Source: Bigelowiella natans CCMP2755 (Eukaryota > Protista > Cercozoa). Taken from it: a stretch of DNA of 64,000 nt. A program made the position numbers and the translations under genes. This document shows positions 28,488 through 38,746 of this stretch, one piece after another (within the stretch, counting starts at the first letter, position 1; every line of letters begins with the position of its first letter). The stretch covers positions 1-64,000 of the forward strand of contig ADNK01000631.1 in NCBI GenBank assembly GCA_000320545.1, given 5' to 3'. The notes under the pieces are model-generated. The model had not been told where the DNA came from. It was given only the letters and a program-made list of their open reading frames with translations, and ran no database searches.

Positions 28488-28559
28488 GCCGAAAAATTAA
28501 TTTTAAAACTTTAATTTTTCGGTCAGTGACGATTTTCGTAATTTCACCATGATCACAGA

Positions 28560-29351
28560 TGTGAGAGGAGATCATTCATTTGGCGCCTTGCAAGAGGGTG
28601 CTCCAGAGCATCACGGGCGCCGCAGCACATTTCGGAAACATTCGATTGCACACGCCCAACTACGCTCACTCACGAACCTCACAATGCCAACGCAAGGACA
28701 CGGCAAGCTCGACTGTGAATGTGAGGGATTCGGTTTTGGGAAGTGTTCAGAACGTGAGACGGGGCTCGGGTGACAGACTTGCACTTTCAATTGGAACTCG
28801 CAGCTCACATTGTTCACATCACTGACTACACCGTGTTCGCATCACCTTCTAGGAAAATGCACTGTTTTGGATTCTGTCTGGTGCCTCTCTGGCATGAAAG
28901 ATCCGAACAACCATTGGCAGCTGCACGTCAAACAGCCCGCCGAACAAGGCAAGCGGGCCCAATGGAAGAAGCATGACGTGCACGCGCTGAAGAACACCGA
29001 GCGCCGCCAAGTCGCGAACCAGAAAGTGCTGAACACACTCACCGCGTCGGTGTTTTCCCCGGATGATGGGAAAGAAACATTGGGTCTGAAACTTGATGAA
29101 TGGGTTGAAAACAAAACCATTGCAAGTCCAAGATCCAATGAATGCGCCAAGATGTCTCAACACAAAGCAAAACAAGGCATTTGACAGCAATTTCGCACAT
29201 TTCAAAACAAACTTCTCAATCGTCATTGTTGTCAGAGGTTGTCAAGGAGTTCAAGAAACACCTGAAGAATTTGAAGAAACTCCACCAGGAACTTGCAGAT
29301 CAAGACCAATCAGAATCGGTGTTGCAATTTCATCAATCAAAAATGCAATGA
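28560..29351 (+). pseudogene. Small transposon accessory gene of unknown function, probably intron-containing
   Basis: Protein-like ORF pieces 28580-28825, 28810-29184 and 29142-29351 separated by intron-like segments; the last piece is helical and charged. Confidence 0.35.
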
Positions 29352-29396
29352 CGAACACACTGGCACATTCGTGACATCAAAATTCTCATTGAACAG

Positions 29397-32168
29397 TCGT
29401 CATCATCTGTGGCGAAGACGAAGGACAAGACAACTCCGGGCAAAGATGCGCCAAGTCAACCAGACTTGAATCTCCAGGGTGTTCTTCCAGAAGGAATCAC
29501 CATTGAAGGTCATTTGGTTTTTTCACGTTCGTGCAAAACAATGTTGACTGTCTTTTGGTTCAGAACACGACAAGAATGTCAACGAAGGAGAGGACACCAA
29601 AGTCAAACTCGGAGCAGAAATGGAGGCATTTGTCGACAAGATCTTTCTGGGAACATGCGAACTGAAGCTGGACCAACTTGTCGGTCCGGAATGTGGAAAG
29701 ACAGCTTCTCGGAAACTGAGGCATGGGGAAGTGCGCAAGATTCGAGAGTCAATGATGAAGAACCGGTCTGTTCACATTGTGCTTGGCGCACTTGTTCGCC
29801 CCTCTGCGCCCGTGTGCAAAGAGAAGCAAACTTCTCTCAAATGTTCACGGGAAGATCCAAAGCAATGCGCAACGGAGAATGCACTCCAAGTTCAAGAAGG
29901 CTTCTGGGCTGAAGTGATTGACGGGAATCACCGCCGGGTCGCACTGCAAGAACTGCTGGCAATCTGCAAATCTGAACGTCACAACAAAGTTGCTTGCAAC
30001 GTTTTCTGCACAGATGACCCAGAGGACAACAAGATGATCCGCAAACATGGTCATCTTGTCAATGAAGCTGACAAAATCAGCATCAAGTCTGCAATGTGGG
30101 ATGCCATCGCCGAGGTGAAGACTTCCTACCTGGAAGCCAAGGCAATGGATTCCAGGACGGGTCCCACCAGGTTCACCAAAGAACACATTGGCGATTGGAA
30201 AGAGCTCACTAGCTCGTGTTCCAAAGGCGGTTGCGGTGCGACCTGCCTTGGATTGGTGGTTGGACTCGCAGAGTGGAGCGCATCCAGCTGGAACCTCTTG
30301 GAGGAATTTCACAATCCGGGACCCGACGCTGTGCATGACGCACCCAAGGACTTCAAATGGATCAGCAAGGTTCGCGGGATGGACGAGAAAGATTGCACGG
30401 CAGAGATCAAGAAAGTTGCAAGCATCAAAGAGCACACCATCAAGCAAATGATCGTCAATCTGCAAAAGAAACAATGTGAGTCGTCTTTTTTGTTTGCATC
30501 ACTGCAGCCTCAGTTCTGATGTCATCTGTGTTTCAGGGTCCAAGTGCCTCACAAGTCTTTTCATGAAAAAATGTGACCTGTCATCATGGGGGGCATTGTG
30601 CGAGAAGTTTCAAGTTCCCCGGAACGACAAGTGGCTCAGTTTCGCAATTGAGTTCCACCTTGTTGAAAACAAGATGGCTCCAGAGAAGAACAAGCGGGTC
30701 ATTCCAGATGTTGCATTGAACAGTTTCCAGAATCATGTTGACCAATGCAAAGCAAGACGCACGGTGGAGGATGCAGAAAGAATTCAACTCAAGGGAGATG
30801 CGATCGACCTCCAAATCCTCACCGGAGTCGTCGTCGATGAACCAGGGATCGTCATGCAATCGAAGGGCACATCAATGGGCATGTGTTTCTTTTTGAAGTT
30901 GCGAAAATGCCAGTGTGTTCGCAACTCTGTGTTTTTTGTTAGACCACGTCTTCGTTGACACTCTCATTGGAGCTTTCGACATCGGGCAATCTTTCGACGA
31001 CAATGCTCTCAACATCCACGTCAACAAGATCCACGCTGGCAAACAGCTGGACATGGATCGCCACATCACTGGCAACTTCACCCTCACCATTCGGTGTCTC
31101 CCTGAAAACTCCAAATCTTTCAGGGAGATCATCGACAATTTTGGGCATGACGACGTCGACGTGCTCCATGCATGCGAGCACGATCGACGTCCACAAAAGC
31201 CCAAGACCTCTTTTGCTCCGATGATTGACGCATGCATCATCGCGAAGAACGGGCGTTGCGCGCATGTGGACTTGGGGAAGAGCGAGAACCTCATCATCAC
31301 TTCGAGTCCAAAGGTCATCACCGTGGAAGGCAAGTCTTTCACAGTGGACAGAAAAGGCGATGTGATGGAACATCTGTGCTCCACTTTTTGCGAGGAGAGA
31401 TCTGCTGTCCTAATTGCCCATGGTGGACGAGGGTTCGACGCGTGTGCACTGTTGCACCACACACGCAAATGCATTCAGTTGAACCATCACCGGGTGATCA
31501 CCAACCACACCAAGGCCAAAGTCCAATCGATGATTGGAAAGGATGATCCATCTTCTCAGAAAGAGCTTTTCCAGACCAAGTTCAATGCCATCTTGACCAA
31601 GCACAGTGCCCTTCATCGTTTTGGAACTCACTGGCATGACCTTGGCCGTTCTGAAGAGAAGTCGCCCGATGATGCCGTCGACGACGACGAAATGCCTCTG
31701 ACCGAGCTCGTCAAGAAACAAGCCAGTCCAACCAAAGGCAAAGGTGAACAACTCATTTTGATTGTTGCTTGCATGCTGGCATGTTCGCAACCCACATGTT
31801 TCTCAGGTGAGAAACGCCCACACACTTTGCGTGCCAGAGTGTCTCCTGCGAAGAAGCCCAAGACCGCCAAGACTGTGGGCAAGTCCATCAAGCGCCGCAC
31901 GTCCGGTCCAGAGCACTGTCACTTTTGTGAGAGGCCCGTTTTGCCCAGAGAGCGTGCGGTGTGTGCTGAATGCAACTTGGTCGCCCACAAGGCTTGCATG
32001 CCCATCAAGAGCACCGCGTTCAAGTTGCGATTCTGTTCTGAAGACTGCGAAGAAGCGCATGAAAAGATTGCTCGCGATGCAGAAAATCTTCAGACAAAAT
32101 CAAAAAAAAAAAAAAGGTCTACAATGGCCCATCATGGCCCATTTCTGCATGTCTCATCGCTTTCCTGA
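29397..32168 (+). pseudogene. Transposon cargo gene: ParB/Srx-like domain + degenerate DNA methyltransferase-like domain + PHD finger, multi-exon
   Basis: EVIDGNHRRVALQEL (~29914); LKGDAIDL..DHVFVD..VMEHLCSTFCEERSAVLIAHGGRGFDACALLHHTRKCIQLN; CxxC..CxxC....HxxC..CxxxC PHD-type finger (~31917-32049). Intron-like segments join the ORFs, e.g. 30879-30942 in matching phase. Confidence 0.65.
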
Positions 32169-32509
32169 TGAGCAAACGCTCCATCTACAGTCTGTTTTTC
32201 CTTTTTTGGCCACATTGTTTCAATCTCAACTGCATGTATTTTTCAATGTAAAATCAATCAATGTCACATTCATGAACATAAATTCTCTTTCGTGCATTCC
32301 AAAACGCGCTTCATTTTGCAATTTGCTGACTTGCCTCCGTTTGCTCTCGCATCTGCCATGCACATGTTTGATTCGCTGCCCCATTTGCACGTGTTCATTC
32401 TCATGCTGCGCTGCGTTCGCGCTTTTTCCCCGCCATGTCATTTCGCGCAATCGCAACTTTGCCTTTTGACAGCGCTCTCAGGCATCACATTTTGCGTCGA
32501 TCGTGACCA

Positions 32510-32536
32510 TTTTTGCCTTTGAAGTGGACAACCAAG
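32510..32536 (-). repeat. Right TIR
   Basis: AAGTGGACAACCAAG immediately followed by the ACGG target duplication. Confidence 0.85.
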
Positions 32537-33271
32537 ACGGCCTTGTTCTAGTTGTTGGCATTGCGCTCGCTCTCTCTAGCTCTCTAGCTCTCATGGAAGT
32601 GTGCCCATGCAAGAACATTCCAATGAGAGCAGATCTAGAGATTCAGAACATGACTTTCTAGCTAGCTCTAGCTAGCTCTAGCTAGCTAGAGCTAGCTGTG
32701 TGACTTCATTTCAGTCGAGTTTTGCCATTGCATTGCCAGATTGTTTCTGCAGAAGTTGTCTTTGCGCACACTGGCAGAGACAAAGAGTGAACTAGTGAAA
32801 GTGCTCAGCATAGCAATTTAGTTCAGCAGGAGGACAATGAGGTCGTCAGTAGGCAAATTTTCATGTTGCCATTTCGCAATTTTTGCTACTGCCGATGTTA
32901 GGGAAATAAAATGTGGGGTATGCTAGTATCTAGAGTATGTTCCATGAGCAGCAGCGTGTTATGATGGACACCAGGTGATGCTATTGTTGTTGCATTTCTC
33001 ATTCATTACATGCGAATGGGCACATTGATTGGCGGCTGCCGCAATCATTTTCGCTTCGTGGAGCGGCAAGATTTTCAGTAGCTTTAACAGCCATGCAATG
33101 TTAAAGGATTAGTCAGACCAACTGTTAATTTCATCAATACGCACACACAATTGGGCATGCACACTACGCACACCTTATTCATTAGAAGCCTTCTAGCAAA
33201 TGTACAGCCATAGCAGGAGATCGTCGTCTATTCACCACGTGAGTAGGTTGGCTACCAGGCCTATCGTACCT

Positions 33272-34687
33272 TTAAGAAGATGCAAAATTTAATGAATGAT
33301 GAAGTTGCACAAAGCGGGTTGTGAAGAGGAATAGTTCAATGTCGAAAGAAGATCTCTGTATAGTTTGGATAAAAGCTGAATTTGGACGTGGGAAGGAGGT
33401 GAAACACACACACACACACACACTCTCACACACACACATACACATACACATACACAAACATAATTGAACTCATTAAAATGGGGAGGAAAAAGAGAGGGGG
33501 GGGGAAGGATCAGTTTAGTGTTATCCTTTAAATACTACTACCTAGTCCTACACCGATTCCAACAATGATCATTGGCCCCCTTTGTAAAGAGCAGATATTG
33601 TAGACGACGGCGAGGCGGTGGTGGTGGTGTTGGTGGTTGTGGTGGTTGGGAATGGTGACAAAGGAGGGGGACAAAGAGCTTAGTGAAGATGATGAAAAGA
33701 GACACCGCTGCTGCTGGTGCTTTTGATTAAGCAATGGGGAGGGAAGCAAGTTAGTAGCCGATGACGACGACGACGACGATGACAGTCCTAGTGAATAAGA
33801 AGTAGGAGGTAGTTGATTCCTTATTCTTGCGTTGCTGCTGCTGCTGCTGCTGTCGTGTACTGATGATTCAGCATGATTTGGATAACGAGGCAGATCAGCA
33901 TGAGGAGTAGGATGATGATGATGATGCTGATGATGATGACGATGATGTCGCAGATGACGACTACGTTTATTTGAGAAGGAGGAGGAGGAGGAGGAGAATG
34001 AGGTACCTGAGGTTTGCATCTTTGCTGCTTTCGTTTTGACCCTATTAGTCTTATAATCATCTTCCTGGTCATCATCATCATCATCGTCCTGATGCTGATG
34101 ATGCTGATGGTGATAATGAGCTTTGGTGTTGTTATTGTGCTGCTCGCTTGATGCAGCAGCTATCTCGCCAGTTGCAGCAGCATACCTAATCAGAGTGTGT
34201 TACCATCCCAACATCACCACACCAATACGATGATAAGGATAATAAGAATCATCATCATCATCGTCATCATTATAATCACCATTCACCATATTATCATCAT
34301 TATCAATGATACTCGGACAATCGTCATCATCATCATCATCGTCGTCGTGATTATCATCATCATCAACAAATAGTAGTTTCACTTCCTCACACTACGTAGT
34401 GCTACTACTACATTAGGCCAGGAAATACAAAGCTTAGCAATATGCCCACAGTACAGCCCTGAGAGGGGGGGGGGTAGGGAATGGTGAAGATAGTGATCAC
34501 GACGATGGTAGCTATAAATGTAACGGTGTTCTTATTCATGTTGATATTGTTAGATATGAGGACCAATATTGCCATGCATTTTGCCAAATCCTTCAGCCAA
34601 AGTGCGAATACGGTGCAGAGAACCAACAGCAGCGGCCATTCTATGATCCAACGCATAGCCTGTGGAACATCCCCAACCACATGTGCT

Positions 34688-34728
<41 letters not shown>

Positions 34729-34811
34729 CGAATATGGGAAGAAAGTCATGAGCACATTCTCTGTTTATATAATTGTGTGTACACACTCAGATAGATACAC
34801 ACACGCACGCA

Positions 34812-34858
<47 letters not shown>

Positions 34859-35362
34859 ATATGCGTGTATGTGCGGTGTTGTCTCTCGTTCTCCCTCTTT
34901 CTCGTTTTCTAGCTACTAGCACATCATAACCCTAATCACCATCACCATCACCATCACCATCACCATCACCATAATGACGCTACTGTATTGCTCATGTCCT
35001 ACTAAAAACGAGAGAGCAACCTTACAAAGCGTCCTGCCATTTAGAGCAGCTACGAATTTCAGTTTCGACAATGCCCCATCCCTCTCCTCCTCCTCGTAGC
35101 CATTCAAACGGCGGTATTGGGAGGTGGGAGAAGGGTAGTACGAGGAGTAGTAGTAGTAGTAGTAGTAGTAGTAACTACGAGGAAACATATCTCTTAAAAT
35201 TTGTGCAACAAGACCCTTCATCGTCAGAAACACGGATGGCACCTGTTCAGGAAAATTCGTGTTGATAAAAGCGTAATAAAGGCAGTCACAACATAAAGAA
35301 AGGGGGGGGGAGCATTGAGAAAGAAAGTAAATATTCACATTATCATCATGTACTACTACTAC

Positions 35363-35395
<33 letters not shown>

Positions 35396-35555
35396 CAGTA
35401 GTAGTAGGAGTGTATTGGACGAAGCACCTCTCCCAGCCCTGCAATAGCCAACCCTCCAGCAGCAATTTGTAGGAGGATGAAGGAGGGAGAAAGAGGAGGA
35501 GGCGACGAAGTAGACGAAGTAGAAGTCGTCATTGTAGGTGTGGAAGTACTCGATG

Positions 35556-35589
<34 letters not shown>

Positions 35590-38368
35590 GCTGTAGCTGC
35601 TGCTGCTGCTGCTGCTGCTGCTAGTCGGGAGAATGTATGAAAGGCTAAGTATTATATTTCCATGTATGGACCCTAATACGTGCTCTTTCGCGAATAAAGA
35701 GGAGGGAGCAGTCGTTGCAGTAGCAGAAGTAGGCGCAGGGGTAGTCGTTGACCACGCAGCAGAAAATAAGTGGGGCGGCTGCTGCTGATGCTGGTGGTGG
35801 CGGTGATGATTAATACTGCTGGCACTAAAAGTAGTATCTACATTATTCGTAGACGTTGCTGCTGCTGCTGCTGCTGCTACCGATAATACACCGAACATGA
35901 TTCCTAGTGCTGCTGTAGTGAAGAAGGCAGCATGAACTATCCATGGAAAAGCCCAACGTTTCTCTGAAGGAATGTGCTGGTAGCATCCTATGTTGATTCA
36001 CAACGACGGCAACGATGAGAAGAACCACAACAACAACAAGAAGAAGAAGGGAAAGAATCAAATATACAATGTTTGCCAACCAACCAACCAACCAACACCA
36101 AGCAATACATTGCCATGATTATTTGTGTAGTCTCTTCCAAGGCTGCTTTCCATGCAGCTTCTATTGTTATCACGTGCACAGTGGCTTATTACGATTGTTC
36201 ATCATCATCATCATCAATCACCACTATTATCCTAACCCTTATGCCTCTACCACCACCACCACCACCACTACTATTACTACTACAGCATACGACAACAACA
36301 ACCCAAAGCAGCTCTGTGATGACAAAGGAAGATGGAGATCCATATCGACGCAGATAGCCCTATCTTACTATTCAGGATTGTGTATATAAAGGAGGACGAG
36401 GACGGGGAGGAGGAGGAGGAGGAGGAGGAGGAGGAGGAGGAGGAGGAGGATGCTGATGACGACGATGGACTACTGTTACCACTCACATCACCATTTTTAA
36501 CATCATCATTCGGTCGTCCTTTGGAGAAAGGCTTTGATGATGATGATGATGATGATGATGCTGGTGGTGGTGATTTAGATGTTCCCTCGTTTGGTTTCGA
36601 GGAGGTTCCAGGGAAGAATAGCAGTTGGCTGCTGCCTTGTCTAACGCCTTCACTAATGATGGCACTGCTGGTACTACTTTGAGGATGATGATGTTGGTGT
36701 TGGGGCGGTGACATTGAGGGACTTTTTGCAAGAATTATTGAGATAAGGAGGAGGATCACGAAAAATGACGCTAGCTGCCGAGGAGGCCTAAAGCAATGTG
36801 TGTTCATATACATCATTCACACATTATTATGATATGTTTACGACGAACTTCCACAAAATAATAGCCACACTTTATGTTTTTATCAGCATAAGAAGAGTAT
36901 GCATTGTGAGAGCAGCAGAAGTTGTTGTGCTTACAAACGTAGTAGTAGTAGTAGTAGCAATACCCTTGATGATCAAAGAGCTGCTCAGTTGAGAGGGTTC
37001 TGCTACTATTTCTACTTCTTACAGTAGTTGTGGTGGTAGTAGTAGCAGTACGAGCCATTCCTCGTTTCTTGGTAGTCACCGTCGTTGCAGTCGAATACTT
37101 CAGAATGATGATGAGGGGAAATAGCATCATAGCACCCAAAACTAGTGTATATGACCACGAAATCCATCCTGAGAGCACCAAGGAAGAAGACCGAGCAATT
37201 AGTATTTTTATCGTGAGAATGTCAGATAATCTCATCACTATTTTGTTTCAGCAGCGAAAGGTAGTAGGAGGCGAGAACCATCGACGTCATCTTCATCAAC
37301 ATCATCCACATCACCATCATAATCTTCATTACTATTTTCCTCCGAGGCTGCTGGAGTATACAGCATCAGACTAGGAAACACGCCTAGAATGACGTCTGCA
37401 AAGATGATTAGCTGGGCGGCGATTGAGAGCAGATAAAATACCTTAAAACGTTGAAAGAGGGAGAAAGGTAATTGCATTGATGGGATGCTAATGACGATGA
37501 TGATAGTGGTGATTGTGGAAATGAATATGAGAATGTTTGTGGGGCTGCTGGATGCACTATGATATATCTCATCAAGAGTACCACTAACGCTGCCTGCACA
37601 ACCTTCTTAGCACGGTATCCTAATAGAATACACGGCACAGCAGCACTCAAGTTTATCACCATCATCCTTATTATCATCTCATAATGCTTGAAACCGACGG
37701 CGGCAATTACCTAAGAAATGTTGAACAAGCTCCTCGTAGCGAGAATGGCCACGCTGTTCCGCACACCGAATCAGCATGTGAAGCGAGATATCCATGAGGA
37801 AAGCTAGAAGGACAACAAGCACCTAAGTAGTATGATTCATTGAATAACGTATAATAGTAGAATATCTACATCATCCACAAAAGTGATGATGTTGTTTTTG
37901 ATGATGATGATGATGATGATGATGAGTTTCTGTTTTTGGTCGTCTCTTTCTCTTCCCTCTCTCTCTGCTCTTTTTCTTCTTCTTCCTGTCCTCTTCTGGC
38001 CCTCTCCCTCCTCTTAGTATTACGATCGATAGTCCGCCCCCTCCGACACTCGCTGCTGCAAAGGGACATGCAAGAAAACCACCACGTACCATCTGATGAC
38101 ACAGCAGAAGAAGCAGAGTTAGTGCGGTAGTAGCAGTAGTGACGGAGAAGCTTTGTATGTGATGGTGATGGTGATGGTGATGAGGATGATGGTGATGATC
38201 GACATTAACCGTGGGCAGGATTCCCAACGACAACGGTAAACAATGACCATGATGGCTGGCAGCGTACAACGAAGTAATATCACGAATGTGGTAGTACCGA
38301 GCAACACAAATTGAAGTAAGCATATAATATGCTCGTAGAAGACCCGGAAGATGCGATGAGACAGGCAT
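33272..38368 (-). CDS. Amino-acid transporter-like (Aa_trans/SLC38-like) membrane protein, many exons
   Basis: Exons VRGGFLACPFAAASVG, ISLHMLIRCAEQRGHSRYEELVQHFLG, LFPLIIILK, LGSIHGNIILSL, VFALWLKDLAK, GCTVGILLSFVFPGLM follow the family's TM order. Exact ends uncertain. Confidence 0.6.
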
Positions 38369-38746
38369 GTTTGCTGTTCCCAGCTCTCGTTTGCGGTTGC
38401 GTGGGATAGCTGTGTTGTGTTACTTGTTGTTGGATGAGAGACGTTGTTGTGATGGTGATGATGGAAGGATGGACGATGAGAGAGAGAGGGCGGTTATGAT
38501 AATAATAGGCAGTTGTTTACGAGTACACTGCACAGATACAATTTAAGAAGGGCCCAGACGATAGCCAATAGTAGCATGTGTGTATGTATTATCAATGTAG
38601 AAAGGGAAAAAGTAAGACTTCCATATCATCGAATAACTCTCTCCAGTCCAATGCAATAAAAGTGATGATGAAAACCTCCTTTGTTCGTATGTAGCAGCAA
38701 CTCGTATCATCAAAACAATGGGTATTTTAATTGAAGATGAAAATTA

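Larger units (their letters stand above)
25042..32536. mobile_element. TIR DNA transposon (~7.5 kb, tentatively Academ-like), hypermutated
   Basis: Perfect 15 bp TIR CTTGGTTGTCCACTT (25042-25056 and 32522-32536) flanked by direct ACGG (25038-25041, 32537-32540). Contains divergent transposase-like and accessory genes. Confidence 0.85.

Noticed and set aside
25000-32500. Dense overlapping ORFs in all six frames suggesting antisense or overprinted genes
   Set aside because: Expected artefact of losing TAA/TAG when TpA is removed; only TGA stops remain.
24721-32790. Alternative outer TIR pair (ctaggtgtgcgagcaaatc / gtctttgcgcacactgg)
   Set aside because: Weak gapped match with no TSD; the inner pair is perfect and has a TSD.
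24700-32850. Classical RIP or CpG-methylation decay as the cause of the CA/TG excess
   Set aside because: CpG remains plentiful (e.g. gacgacgtcgacgtg at ~31149) and TpA is lost rather than gained.
24700-32850. ADAR-type RNA editing fixed by reverse transcription
   Set aside because: Both strands, introns and flanks outside the TSD are affected in a DNA transposon, and TAG is the avoided context.
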